From contig CANQVI010000001.1 of the NCBI GenBank assembly GCA_947627255.1, positions 20,899 through 84,898 of the forward strand: 64,000 nucleotides of DNA, in the 5' to 3' direction. The notes beneath the pieces are model-generated. The model did no database searches. It was not told the DNA's origin and worked only from the letters and a program-made list of their open reading frames with translations. This document shows positions 48,268 through 62,174 of the stretch, one piece after another; within the stretch, counting starts at the first letter, position 1; each line of letters starts with the position of its first letter. Both the position numbers and the translations under genes were made by a program. This stretch comes from an uncultured Clostridia bacterium (GTDB taxonomy: Bacteria; Bacillota; Clostridia; TANB77; CAG-465).

Positions 48268-48566
48268 GAGTTAAATATATTGGAGAAAGTTTTGGAGTAG
48301 AGGGACTTACAAATGGAAAAATATATGAAGTAATTGCAATAGAAGACGATATGTTTAGAGTAATAGATGATAGTGGTAAAGATTACCTTTATTCTAGCAC
48401 TAAGCCATCATCATTAGAAGATGTTAACAAGTTTGGTAAGTGGGAAATTGTAGAAGATAATGAAAATCATGAATTGGAAAAAGCAATCAAAGGAAAAAAT
48501 ATAAGATATAAAATAGGTGATAAAGTTGAGTTGAAAAATGGAAGTATTACGACAATTAGGCATTAA
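48264..48566 (+). CDS. Small hypothetical protein directly after the MuF gene (candidate immunity protein)
   Basis: ATGA overlap with the MuF stop. 100 aa, soluble. Confidence 0.45.
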   Translation: MRVKYIGESFGVEGLTNGKIYEVIAIEDDMFRVIDDSGKDYLYSSTKPSSLEDVNKFGKWEIVEDNENHELEKAIKGKNIRYKIGDKVELKNGSITTIRH

Positions 48567-48695
48567 AATTTAATAATATATAATATGTAGTGATGGAATA
48601 GGTAGACATTAAACACTTAAAGACTATTGGAAGTTGTCGGTAAGCCAGTGAAGATAGTTATATTAGGTGCAAATCTTAACCTATATATAATTTTA

Positions 48696-48723
48696 AAGAC
48701 GTAGAAATACGTCTTATTTTTAT
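48696..48723 (+). terminator. Rho-independent terminator
   Basis: aagacgtagaaatacgtctt hairpin followed by T-run. Confidence 0.55.
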
Positions 48724-48727
48724 GTCC

Positions 48728-48757
48728 TAGACATGACATTAAACTGTCTATTTTTTA
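48728..48757 (+). terminator. Second tandem terminator
   Basis: tagaca-N11-tgtcta hairpin followed by T6. Confidence 0.4.
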
Positions 48758-48839
48758 TGCTTGAAAAAGCAAATACAATGTCGCAGAAATAGCGATAAAT
48801 AATTTTTAGTTACAGAAATAGTAACGGAAAGGGGTAAAA

Positions 48840-49460
48840 ATGGAGTTCTTAAAAGAAATTTTAGGAGATGACTTATTTGAACAAGTCAAAGCAAAAGTTA
48901 GTTCTTATAACGAGAAAGTCGATAAGGATAAAAAAGTAAGTATTGTTAATGTTAATAATGGTGAATTTATTGCAAAATCAAAATATGACCAATTAAAAAC
49001 AGATTTTGACAATACTAAAACATCTTTAGATACTGCAAATACAACAATAACAGATTTAAAGAAAAATAATGGAGATAATGCAGATTTACAAGCTAAAATA
49101 ACTGCTTATGAAAGTGAGAAAGCTATTTTAGAAAAAGCACACAAAGAAACAACTGAAAGGTTAATCAAAGAGGGTGCTATTAAAGATGCATTATATCAAG
49201 CAAAAGCTAAACATCCAGAATTATTGCTTGCCAAATTTGACTTATCTAAAATAGTATTGGATGAAAAAGGTGAGAAAGTAGTATCTGGTATTGAAGAACA
49301 GATGAAATCTAATAAAGAAAATTATAAAGATTTATTTAATGAAGTAGAACAAATAAATTCTACATATCATTATACACCTAAAAGCGGAGAAACAAGTAAT
49401 AATAAGGGTGCTACAGATTTTGTAGGAATTATTAAAGAAAATCAAGCAAGAAAAATTTAA
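48840..49460 (+). CDS. Phage scaffolding protein
   Basis: Helical and acidic; located before the major capsid gene. Confidence 0.65.
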   Translation: MEFLKEILGDDLFEQVKAKVSSYNEKVDKDKKVSIVNVNNGEFIAKSKYDQLKTDFDNTKTSLDTANTTITDLKKNNGDNADLQAKITAYESEKAILEKAHKETTERLIKEGAIKDALYQAKAKHPELLLAKFDLSKIVLDEKGEKVVSGIEEQMKSNKENYKDLFNEVEQINSTYHYTPKSGETSNNKGATDFVGIIKENQARKI

Positions 49461-49507
49461 GGCATAGTAATATGTCTTTTTTTATGTTAATTTAAGGAGG
49501 AGAAAAA

Positions 49508-50386
49508 ATGGGATATTTAAAAGATGAATTACAAGGCTTTGTACCAGTAGAACAAGCTACAGAAATAATGAAAGATGTAGCAAGAGGATCTAGTCTATTA
49601 AAATTATCAAAAGTATCAAAAATGGAAAGTGATACAAAAAAAATACCAGTTATGACAGAAGGACCTGGAGCATACTGGGTAGGAGAAGGAGAAAGAATAA
49701 AAACATCTAAAGCGGGATGGATTTATCCAGAATTAAAGGCTAAAAAACTAGCTGTAATTATACCTGTAACTAAAGAAAAATTAAATGATACTACAATAGA
49801 GGTATTTGAAGAATTAAAAGAACCAATAGCAGAAGCTTTTTACAAAGCCATAGATGCAGCAGGTTTCTTTGGAACAAATTCACCATTTGCTAAAAATATT
49901 ATGAATTGTATAGAAACAGCAGAAAATAAAGTAGAAATTGAAACAAACAAAACTTTAGATTTAGATGTTTCTGATGCAATGGCATTAGTAGAAGAGGCAG
50001 GATATGATGTAAATGGCTTCGCTGCTAAAGTTGGAATTAAAAATTCTTTAAGAAAACTAAGAGATGGAAATGGCAATCAATTATATGTTGATGGTGTTAA
50101 TGGTAAAGAATTATACGGATTACCTATTGAATTTAGTAGAAATGGATCTTGGGATAAGACAAAAGCTGAACTATTTGGTGGAGATTGGGATAAATCTTTA
50201 GTAGGCATAAGAGAAGGTATTGAATATGAAATATTAAAAGAAGCTACATTAGAGGGAACAGAGTGGACTGATGGAAAACCATTATCTCTAGCTGAGCAGG
50301 ATATGATAGCAGTTAAAGCTACAATGAGACTTGGATATTTGCCAATTAAAGACGAAGCTTTCTGTGCAGTAGTACCTAAACCCTAG
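49508..50386 (+). CDS. Major capsid protein
   Basis: GGAGG RBS. 292 aa in the capsid position; Firmicute-phage capsid-like N-terminus. Confidence 0.75.
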   Translation: MGYLKDELQGFVPVEQATEIMKDVARGSSLLKLSKVSKMESDTKKIPVMTEGPGAYWVGEGERIKTSKAGWIYPELKAKKLAVIIPVTKEKLNDTTIEVFEELKEPIAEAFYKAIDAAGFFGTNSPFAKNIMNCIETAENKVEIETNKTLDLDVSDAMALVEEAGYDVNGFAAKVGIKNSLRKLRDGNGNQLYVDGVNGKELYGLPIEFSRNGSWDKTKAELFGGDWDKSLVGIREGIEYEILKEATLEGTEWTDGKPLSLAEQDMIAVKATMRLGYLPIKDEAFCAVVPKP

Positions 50387-50402
50387 TCCAGCCACATTAA
50401 AA

Positions 50403-50783
50403 GTGGCAATTCCAAGTAATGAAACACAATTATTAGGAGAAAAAACAGTTCAAGATTTATGTGAAAACTTAAGCATTGAAGATGATAATGTTAAAGGTTC
50501 ACTAAAATATGTTGAGAATTGGACTGAATTTTCAAAAACAGATAATAGTGGAAATTTTTTACCATTGTACTTTGAAGAAGCAAAAGAAAAGCCAAAAGGT
50601 ACAATTAAATGTGAGCTAAAAGGAACAGGGGCAAAAGTTAAGAAACCTATTGCAGTAGATAATAGTGATGGCTTAATAGTATTTCAAATACATAATGCTG
50701 ACAATACTATTGAGATTACTAGCGATGGCAAGGAAAGTAAAACACTTAAACTAGTTGATTTAACGCTTAAAGAAAAGGTTTAA
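50403..50783 (+). CDS. Hypothetical head protein (GTG start)
   Basis: ORF between the capsid and connector genes. Confidence 0.4.
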   Translation: MAIPSNETQLLGEKTVQDLCENLSIEDDNVKGSLKYVENWTEFSKTDNSGNFLPLYFEEAKEKPKGTIKCELKGTGAKVKKPIAVDNSDGLIVFQIHNADNTIEITSDGKESKTLKLVDLTLKEKV

Positions 50784-50805
50784 TAATAAAAGTTGAGGGA
50801 ATACT

Positions 50806-51159
50806 ATGTCAGAAAATATTACTATGATAAAAGATATATTAGGTATTAAAAATGAGAGTTTTGATAAATTTTTAGAGTTTTGCGAAAAAAGTATAAGCAA
50901 TAAAATTTTGGATTTTTGTCATATAAAAAGCATACCACAGAATTTAAATACACTTATACAAGAGTTTTTAATTGAACAATACAATCTTAATAAAAATGGC
51001 ATTGGAAATAGCAATTTAGAAGTTACTAGTGCATCTGACAACGGGCAGACTGTAAACTTTAAAAATGTTGGTGGTGTAGGAGCAATGTCTAGTAATGTAG
51101 ATGAGTTTTTAGAAAGAAATTTAACTACATTAGTAGCATATAGAAAGCTAAGGTGGTAA
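50806..51159 (+). CDS. Head-tail connector (gp6/gp15-like)
   Basis: Size and position. Confidence 0.55.
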   Translation: MSENITMIKDILGIKNESFDKFLEFCEKSISNKILDFCHIKSIPQNLNTLIQEFLIEQYNLNKNGIGNSNLEVTSASDNGQTVNFKNVGGVGAMSSNVDEFLERNLTTLVAYRKLRW

Positions 51160-51160
51160 T

Positions 51161-51499
51161 ATGAAAATTCCAGAACAATTTAGGAATATTATAGCCAATA
51201 CTTTTTATGATAAAGAAATAGAAATTTATACAACTGCTGTTATTAAAGATAATGAAGGTGCTGTCATTGGAAATGGTAAAAAAGAAAAAATAGATACTTT
51301 TAAAGGTAACTTTCAATTAAGCACTAGAGAATATATACAAAAAGAGTATGGAATTGACATAGAGGCAAATGCTATCATAACTTGTGATAATACAATAGGT
51401 GAGATAGGCAATATTGCAGTATATAAAAACAAAGACTATGAAATAAAAAATAAAGTTATATCAGATAGTCATACTACTCTTTTAGTGTTAGGAGATTGA
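51161..51499 (+). CDS. Head closure / head-tail adaptor protein
   Basis: Size and position. Confidence 0.5.
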   Translation: MKIPEQFRNIIANTFYDKEIEIYTTAVIKDNEGAVIGNGKKEKIDTFKGNFQLSTREYIQKEYGIDIEANAIITCDNTIGEIGNIAVYKNKDYEIKNKVISDSHTTLLVLGD

Positions 51500-51945
51500 T
51501 AAAATTGTCGGAAATAAAAGGATTAGAAGAAATATTAACATCTTTGTCTTCTTTTGGTGCAAATATAAATGAAAGTGCAAGGAAAGGTTTAGAAAGAGGC
51601 GCAAAAAAAATACAAAAAAATGCAAAACTTTTAACACCTGTTGACACAGGACATCTTCGTAATTCAATAAAAACATCATCAGAAATTATAGCAGATGGTG
51701 TAAAAGCACAAGTATTTACAAATACAGAGTATGCTCCTTATGTGGAATTTGGAACCGGACAAAAAGGTGCTGAAAGTAATATAGATAGACCAGATGGTAT
51801 TTCTTATAAAAGAGATTGGAAAGGGCAAAAAGCTCAGCCATATTTAAGTCCAGCGTATTTACACGCAAAAAATACTGGTGAAGTTGAACAAGAACTAATA
51901 AAATCTTTACAACAAGATATAAGAAAATTGGAGAGTGGTAAATAA
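51496..51945 (+). CDS. HK97 gp10-family tail component
   Basis: LLTPVDTGHLRNSI motif. Confidence 0.65.
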   Translation: MIKLSEIKGLEEILTSLSSFGANINESARKGLERGAKKIQKNAKLLTPVDTGHLRNSIKTSSEIIADGVKAQVFTNTEYAPYVEFGTGQKGAESNIDRPDGISYKRDWKGQKAQPYLSPAYLHAKNTGEVEQELIKSLQQDIRKLESGK

Positions 51946-52298
51946 TGAAAAATTTAAAGCCACAGATATTAGAAAAATTAGAAGAAATTTCAGATGCTGA
52001 GGTTTACTTCTATTACCCTAAAGCTTTTACAAAGGGAAAAAAGATAATAAGTTACTACGAAATTGATAATTCAGAAGCAAGTGAAGCTGATGATGAAGAG
52101 TATAGTAGTAATATTGCTATCCAGATTGATATTTGGTGTGATACGCCTAGTCAATGTTCTGAATTAGCAATAAAAGTAAATAATAAAATGAAAGAGCTAG
52201 ATTTTAAAAGAACACTAGCTCTTGATTTGTATGAAGAGGGTGCTATTAAATACCACAAAACTATGCGTTTTGAAAAAAATGAAATATTAGATAATTAA
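51945..52298 (+). CDS. Tail completion protein (tentative)
   Basis: Position. Confidence 0.4.
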   Translation: MKNLKPQILEKLEEISDAEVYFYYPKAFTKGKKIISYYEIDNSEASEADDEEYSSNIAIQIDIWCDTPSQCSELAIKVNNKMKELDFKRTLALDLYEEGAIKYHKTMRFEKNEILDN

Positions 52299-52312
52299 AA
52301 GGGGGAATATAT

Positions 52313-52891
52313 ATGCCAAAGGTAAGAAAAGCATTAAGAGGATTAAGCGGTATAAAGGTTTTTGAAATAAAAGAGGACACAGAAACAAATTATAGTGTAG
52401 GAGAGGCTGTTTCGATACCATACGCACAAAGTCTTAGTAGAGACATACAATCATCAAATGAAGCAATTTATGCAGATGATGAAATCTACGATGATGAAGA
52501 AGTTTTTGATGGTGAAGATTTTGAACTTCAAATACCAGAAGCTGATTTGAAAACTTATTCTATAATTGAAGGTGGAAAGTATGATGAAGAAAATAAAGAA
52601 TACTCTTGGGGACCAGATGATCAAGGAAAAGATTATGCTATGACTTTTAAAGCTAAAAGAAAAGATGGAAATTATAGAATGTTTAGATATTATAAGGCTA
52701 AATTTAAAAAGGTAAAACAAGATTTGCAAACACAAGATAATGGCACACAAATATCTACAATAACAATAAGTGGAACATTTTATAAAAGAGCTCTTTTAAC
52801 AGATCCAAAAGTTAGAGTTTATAAAGATAGCGAAAGCTCTGCTGATTTGGTTTGGTTAGATACAGTACCAAAAGCACCAGCAGGAGAATAA
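52313..52891 (+). CDS. Major tail protein
   Basis: Position before chaperone and TMP. 192 aa. Confidence 0.65.
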   Translation: MPKVRKALRGLSGIKVFEIKEDTETNYSVGEAVSIPYAQSLSRDIQSSNEAIYADDEIYDDEEVFDGEDFELQIPEADLKTYSIIEGGKYDEENKEYSWGPDDQGKDYAMTFKAKRKDGNYRMFRYYKAKFKKVKQDLQTQDNGTQISTITISGTFYKRALLTDPKVRVYKDSESSADLVWLDTVPKAPAGE

Positions 52892-52896
52892 TTAAA

Positions 52897-52984
52897 GGAG
52901 AGTTTTTATAAAATGTACCCGAATGGAAGACACTCTTTTTTTAGTGTCCATTCCATTGGGTACATTTTATTTTTATGAACTCTC
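52897..52984. terminator. Large nested inverted repeat / strong bidirectional terminator after the major tail gene
   Basis: Inner ~24-bp stem (aaaatgtacccgaatggaagacact / agtgtccattccattgggtacatttt) and outer ggagagtt/aactctcc arms, flanked by T-runs. Confidence 0.5.
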
Positions 52985-53012
52985 CTATTTTTTTATATAT
53001 TAGGAGGAAAAT

Positions 53013-53453
53013 ATGCCAAAAAAAACTAATGAAGCAGTAAGTTTAAATGTTTGCAAAACAATTCATGGAGTTGAAATAAAAAAAATGCCATGTGGTAAAT
53101 ATTTTGAAGCATTACAAGAATTAAAAAATTTGCCAACAGATTTTATAAAGGAAGTATCTAAAGGTGTTGAATTTAAGCTATCGGATGTATTTCAACTAGA
53201 AAATCTTTTAAATCTTATAGCACAATTAGCAATTATAACACCAAATTTTATGTTTAAATTTTTAAGTAAATTATTTGATGTAAAAGAAGATTATTTAAGA
53301 GATTCTTTAACACCAAGCGAGTTAATAGAAGTATGTAAAGTGTTTTGGGAGGTTAATAACTTAGAAAATTTTTTCAACCAAATGAAGCCAGTAGTGAAGA
53401 AATTGACAGAACTAATTGGCTTCAGCGCACAATCGCAATCTGTGTTAAAATAG
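53013..53453 (+). CDS. Tail assembly chaperone (gpG-like)
   Basis: Position between major tail and TMP. Followed by an overlapping -1 frame ORF. Confidence 0.6.
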   Translation: MPKKTNEAVSLNVCKTIHGVEIKKMPCGKYFEALQELKNLPTDFIKEVSKGVEFKLSDVFQLENLLNLIAQLAIITPNFMFKFLSKLFDVKEDYLRDSLTPSELIEVCKVFWEVNNLENFFNQMKPVVKKLTELIGFSAQSQSVLK

Positions 53454-53581
53454 GCATATCTAAAAAAGAATTTTTTGAAGATTATTATATAGATGAAATT
53501 CCTATAATTATGAACGAGTTTGCTGAATTAAACAAAATACAAAATTCGGATGAACAAGTAGTATCTGCGGAAGAATTTTAG
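53013..53581 (+). CDS. Predicted gpGT-like fusion via programmed -1 frameshift at T-TTT-TTC (53369..53375)
   Basis: Frame -1 is open from 53360 to the stop at 53579-53581 and has no start codon. X-XXY-YYZ heptamer in the zero frame. Confidence 0.45.
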
Positions 53582-53631
53582 TATTGATATATTACAAATT
53601 TTAATGTATCATCTTATTAGGGGTGATGTAT

Positions 53632-53934
53632 ATGAAATGTGAAAAGTGTGGCAAAGAAATATCAGAATTAGATGAAAAATGTCCATTTTGTGGCTATACT
53701 GAAGAAGAAAGTAAAAAGCAGAAAAATACAACAAATGCTCAAAGGTTAAATATTATTGCTAACATAAATTTATTTATAATGCTAATAAGTTCCGTTTTTA
53801 TTTTTATAAGTGCAATAAAGGACTATACAAATGAATTTGATTTCTTTAGGATATTGTTAGGAATAATAGTTGCCATTACGGGATATACGCTATATCTTTT
53901 GTTAAAAACAGTCGTTGATATATATAATAAATAA
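53632..53934 (+). CDS. Moron: small zinc-ribbon plus two-TM membrane protein
   Basis: CEKCGK...CPFCGY followed by two hydrophobic helices. Own RBS and terminator. Confidence 0.5.
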   Translation: MKCEKCGKEISELDEKCPFCGYTEEESKKQKNTTNAQRLNIIANINLFIMLISSVFIFISAIKDYTNEFDFFRILLGIIVAITGYTLYLLLKTVVDIYNK

Positions 53935-53945
53935 AAAAAACCTTA

Positions 53946-53972
53946 ACACCAGATTATTCTGGTGTATTTTTA
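53946..53972 (+). terminator. Rho-independent terminator after the moron
   Basis: acaccag/tggtgt hairpin followed by T5. Confidence 0.45.
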
Positions 53973-53993
53973 TGCCTGAAAGAAGGTGAAAAA

Positions 53994-58236
<4,243 letters not shown>

Positions 58237-58237
58237 C

Positions 58238-59419
58238 ATGAAAAATTATTGTATAGAAGTTATAAACACTAAATTTGAATTGCTAGGAATAATAACTAAT
58301 TTTGAAAGCTTGCAATGTATTTGGAATTATAATGAATGTGGTACATTTGAATTGACTATTAACAAAAATAAAACCAATACAGATAAATTAAAAAAAGATA
58401 ATTTAATAATAGTAAATAAAAATGATGAAAAAGTTTTAATAATAGAAAAAGTAGTTACTACGACAAACAAAAACAGTAAAACGATGAAAGTATCAGGCAC
58501 TTGTATTAAAGGAGTTACCAAAAGAAGAATAATAGCTACTAATGGTTATGATAGAGTAAATGAGACAGAAGCTGAAAATGTGATGAAGCATTATTTAAAA
58601 AAGCATATTATAGAAGCTTATTATGATGATATAAGGACACCGGAAAGGGATATATCATGGATTAGAATTGCTCCAACGCAAAACAGAGGAATAAAAACAG
58701 TTTGGCAAGCTAGATTGACTAATTTACATGATGAAGTTACCCATATTTCTACCGATACAGGTGTTGGATGGAAAGGCATACTCAATAGAAATGATAAATG
58801 TATAGATTTTGACTGCTATGAAGGTAAAGACCGTTCAATTCATCAACTAGACGAAGGAAACACCCATGCTATTTTAGAAAAATATAAGCATGAGGAATTA
58901 GAGCCATATACACATAGTGCGTTAGAGGGCAATAGGAAAGTGCCATATATTATATTTTCAGAAAAGAAAAAAAATTTGTTTGATGGCAAAACTACAGATG
59001 ATAACACCAATTTAAAAAATGTTGGTTACTGTGCGGGAAAAGGTGAAAATGAGGATAGATTGATTACTGTTATAGGCGACACTGTAGGTTTTGAAAGAAG
59101 AGAGGTATATATTGACTTAAATAATATAGAGGACCCGGACGAATTAAGACAAGAAGGGCAGAAAAAGTTAGATACTTATAATGAAATAAAAAGTATTGAG
59201 GGTAAAATTTATCAAATTCCAAATATGGAATATGACAAGGATTTTTTCCTTGGTGACATTGTAACATTAGAAACAGATGGCATATATGAGGATAAAAGAA
59301 TTATACAAGCTAAAGAGATTTATGAGAGAAATAATATAACTGTTGAGTTGGGCTTTGGAGATAAAGTTCCAAGTTTGGCTGAACAAATAAAAAAGATGAC
59401 ACAAAGACCAATATCATAA
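58238..59419 (+). CDS. Tail-associated (Tal-like) baseplate hub protein
   Basis: Position after Dit. 393 aa. Confidence 0.55.
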   Translation: MKNYCIEVINTKFELLGIITNFESLQCIWNYNECGTFELTINKNKTNTDKLKKDNLIIVNKNDEKVLIIEKVVTTTNKNSKTMKVSGTCIKGVTKRRIIATNGYDRVNETEAENVMKHYLKKHIIEAYYDDIRTPERDISWIRIAPTQNRGIKTVWQARLTNLHDEVTHISTDTGVGWKGILNRNDKCIDFDCYEGKDRSIHQLDEGNTHAILEKYKHEELEPYTHSALEGNRKVPYIIFSEKKKNLFDGKTTDDNTNLKNVGYCAGKGENEDRLITVIGDTVGFERREVYIDLNNIEDPDELRQEGQKKLDTYNEIKSIEGKIYQIPNMEYDKDFFLGDIVTLETDGIYEDKRIIQAKEIYERNNITVELGFGDKVPSLAEQIKKMTQRPIS

Positions 59420-59471
59420 ATATATAAAGGCATAAGATAGGTGTTTAAGATTAAGTTAAACACCCTATTTT

Positions 59472-60374
59472 ATGGGAAAGGAAAATGTTATGGAAGAAAT
59501 TGTTTTAAATAGTTTTCCATTTGATAGTATGGATGTATTAGATGAAGATACTGGACAAATGGTAGCAGATAGAGAATATGAAGCTAAAGTTTTTGCTAAT
59601 TATTTTAAAAAATTTTTAAGCAATGGTGTATATTTTGGAGAATATAACAACTATAAAGAAAACTCTATGAAAGTAAGTTTAGAAGGTGGCATGAATATTA
59701 AAGTCGCCACTGGCGCTGGACTAATTGAAGGTGTTGACTTTGAAAATGGAGAAGATCGAATTTTTACATTAAGCAGACCAGCATCTTCAAAAAGAATTGA
59801 CAGAGTCGTAGTACAATTAAACAATTCTCTTAGTATTAGAGCAACTAAATTGTATATTAAAGAAGGAGATAATAGTAAACCAGCAGATTTACAAAGAGAT
59901 ACAAATATATACGAAATATGTGTTGCTGAGATAACAGTTAGCAGTGACTCAAACATTCAAGAAGAAAATATAAAAGATACTAGAATGAATAAAGAGTTGT
60001 GTGGTATTGTCAATTCACTAATAAGTGTAGATGGCGAAGAATTGTACCAAAAATTTCAAGAGTATATAGATACTGTAACTAATGAATTAGTGAGAAAAGA
60101 CCAAGACATCGTTTTAAAAGGAACTATAAAAGATAAAGATGGTAGAAGTTTATCTACAAATGATTTTACCAATGACTATAAAAACAAAGTAGATAGTTTG
60201 TCAAATACCAACATTATAAATAATCTTGAAAGTACATCTATAACATCTGCATTGTCGGCGAATATGGGTAAATTTTTAAATGAAAACAAGCAAAATAATA
60301 TAAAAAAAGGAAGTTCAAATCCTATACCAAGTGAATTATCAGAGGGGGATATTTTCCTTAGATATTTTAACTAG
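59472..60374 (+). CDS. Baseplate / tail fibre-associated protein
   Basis: Position. Confidence 0.4.
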   Translation: MGKENVMEEIVLNSFPFDSMDVLDEDTGQMVADREYEAKVFANYFKKFLSNGVYFGEYNNYKENSMKVSLEGGMNIKVATGAGLIEGVDFENGEDRIFTLSRPASSKRIDRVVVQLNNSLSIRATKLYIKEGDNSKPADLQRDTNIYEICVAEITVSSDSNIQEENIKDTRMNKELCGIVNSLISVDGEELYQKFQEYIDTVTNELVRKDQDIVLKGTIKDKDGRSLSTNDFTNDYKNKVDSLSNTNIINNLESTSITSALSANMGKFLNENKQNNIKKGSSNPIPSELSEGDIFLRYFN

Positions 60375-60386
60375 GAGGTGTAGAAT

Positions 60387-61475
60387 ATGGCAACAAATGG
60401 AAGAGCAACAACAAATACATTAAAGCATTCTTTTTTTTATTGTGATTGGCAACAAGCAAGACAAAGTACAAGTGAAAATTATACTGTTATAAATTGGCAA
60501 CTTGGCTTAAATTGTGGAAGTAATAACGGTTGGGATGCGTGGTATACAAATGCTATTAGAATTAACAGTTTAACTATTGATGGAGAAGTAGTGTATAATG
60601 CTACGCTTTCTAACATACAAGGAGCAGGCGACCATCAAATAACTAGTGGTACAAAAACTATATATCATAATAGTGATGGAAGGAAAACTTTTAGTATTAG
60701 TATTAAAGGATGGCTTATTGATTATGGAGATGCAAATGGAGATGGCACGTGGGAATTAGAAAAAATAGATAGATATACAACCGTTACAATTTCAGAAAGA
60801 AGCAAAGACATAAATAGCATTTTTGTTGATTGGAAATCTGCAGACGCAAGAGATTATACACAACATAAGATAAATGGTGGAGAGTGGACTGATTCAAATG
60901 ACTCTGTAGCTTCTAATAACAGAAGTGGTTATATTAAAATATCGGATTTAAATCCAAATACTACGTATAAAATAAAGGTAAGAGTTAGGAGAACAGATAG
61001 TCAACTTTGGTCAGAAAGCAATGAGATAACAATTAAAACTTATGACTATGCAAAATTTAGTAATATTACTTCTTCCAATTTTGGAAGTGATGTTAATATT
61101 ACAAAAATTAACGAAAGTAAAATAAAAAATGATTTACAAGTGTATATAAACAATACACTAGTTGCCTCTAGAGAAAATATAAGCGATGATTATAATTTAA
61201 CATTTACACAAAATGAATTGGATAAATTATATGAAAAATATCCAGTCAATAGTGATACTATTAACGTTGAATACAGATTACAAACGGTATGTAATTTAGT
61301 AACATATATAGATAAGTTAGAAAAAAACATGCTCTTAACTGGTGAGGCGAAAACATCATGGATAAAAATAAATGGTATGACAAAAAGAGCTGAAGTTTTT
61401 ATTAAGGTAAATGGTACAGTAAAGAGAGCGGTAGTGTTTGTAAAAGAAAATGGTATACTAAAAAGATGTATGTAA
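60387..61475 (+). CDS. Tail fibre / receptor-binding candidate with a fibronectin type III-like domain
   Basis: DLNPNTTYKIKVRVRR FN3-like signature. Confidence 0.45.
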   Translation: MATNGRATTNTLKHSFFYCDWQQARQSTSENYTVINWQLGLNCGSNNGWDAWYTNAIRINSLTIDGEVVYNATLSNIQGAGDHQITSGTKTIYHNSDGRKTFSISIKGWLIDYGDANGDGTWELEKIDRYTTVTISERSKDINSIFVDWKSADARDYTQHKINGGEWTDSNDSVASNNRSGYIKISDLNPNTTYKIKVRVRRTDSQLWSESNEITIKTYDYAKFSNITSSNFGSDVNITKINESKIKNDLQVYINNTLVASRENISDDYNLTFTQNELDKLYEKYPVNSDTINVEYRLQTVCNLVTYIDKLEKNMLLTGEAKTSWIKINGMTKRAEVFIKVNGTVKRAVVFVKENGILKRCM

Positions 61476-61487
61476 GGGGGTGTCTAA

Positions 61488-62162
61488 ATGCCTGACTATA
61501 CAAAGAATTATAATTTAATAAAACCGTATAAATCAGAAAATTATGATGTAGATGAAATAAATAACATGAATATGGATATAGTAGATGCCGAATTAAGTCG
61601 TAGGGTTATTGCAATACTAGGAAAAGGCTTATCAACAAATGATTACACAAACGAAGATAAAGAAAAGTTAGAAAAAATTGGAGATACAAAAAGAGGCTTT
61701 ACCTTTACACCAACAGTGTCAGAAGAAGGTGTCATATCATGGCAAAATGATGGAAATTTACCAAACCCAGAGCCTGTTAATATAATGGGACCGGAAGGAC
61801 CAAAGGGAACTAATGGGCTTAATGCTACATTATTAACAATAGAAAATTTAGATGACTACTATGGTAATGAAAAAATAGGATATTATTACGGAAATGTTGA
61901 AAATAAAGTCCTAGGATTACCACAAGGAAAAAATATAGGTAGTTTTTATATGCAAGTTTTAAAAAGTGGTGAAGAATTTTTTACTCAAATTTTAATACCT
62001 AGTACTTTAAATAATATTAACAATATTTTTATAAGAACAAAAAATTATGAACAAGTTGACTGGAGTGAGTGGGCAAATTTTGACACAACAAACTTTTATA
62101 GTAAAAACGAATTAGAGAATATGTTCATTACTAATACAGAAATAGATGAAATATTTAATTAA
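61488..62162 (+). CDS. Tail fibre protein with a short collagen-like G-x-x segment
   Basis: GPEGPKGTNG. Confidence 0.45.
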   Translation: MPDYTKNYNLIKPYKSENYDVDEINNMNMDIVDAELSRRVIAILGKGLSTNDYTNEDKEKLEKIGDTKRGFTFTPTVSEEGVISWQNDGNLPNPEPVNIMGPEGPKGTNGLNATLLTIENLDDYYGNEKIGYYYGNVENKVLGLPQGKNIGSFYMQVLKSGEEFFTQILIPSTLNNINNIFIRTKNYEQVDWSEWANFDTTNFYSKNELENMFITNTEIDEIFN

Positions 62163-62174
62163 GGAGGAAAAGTT

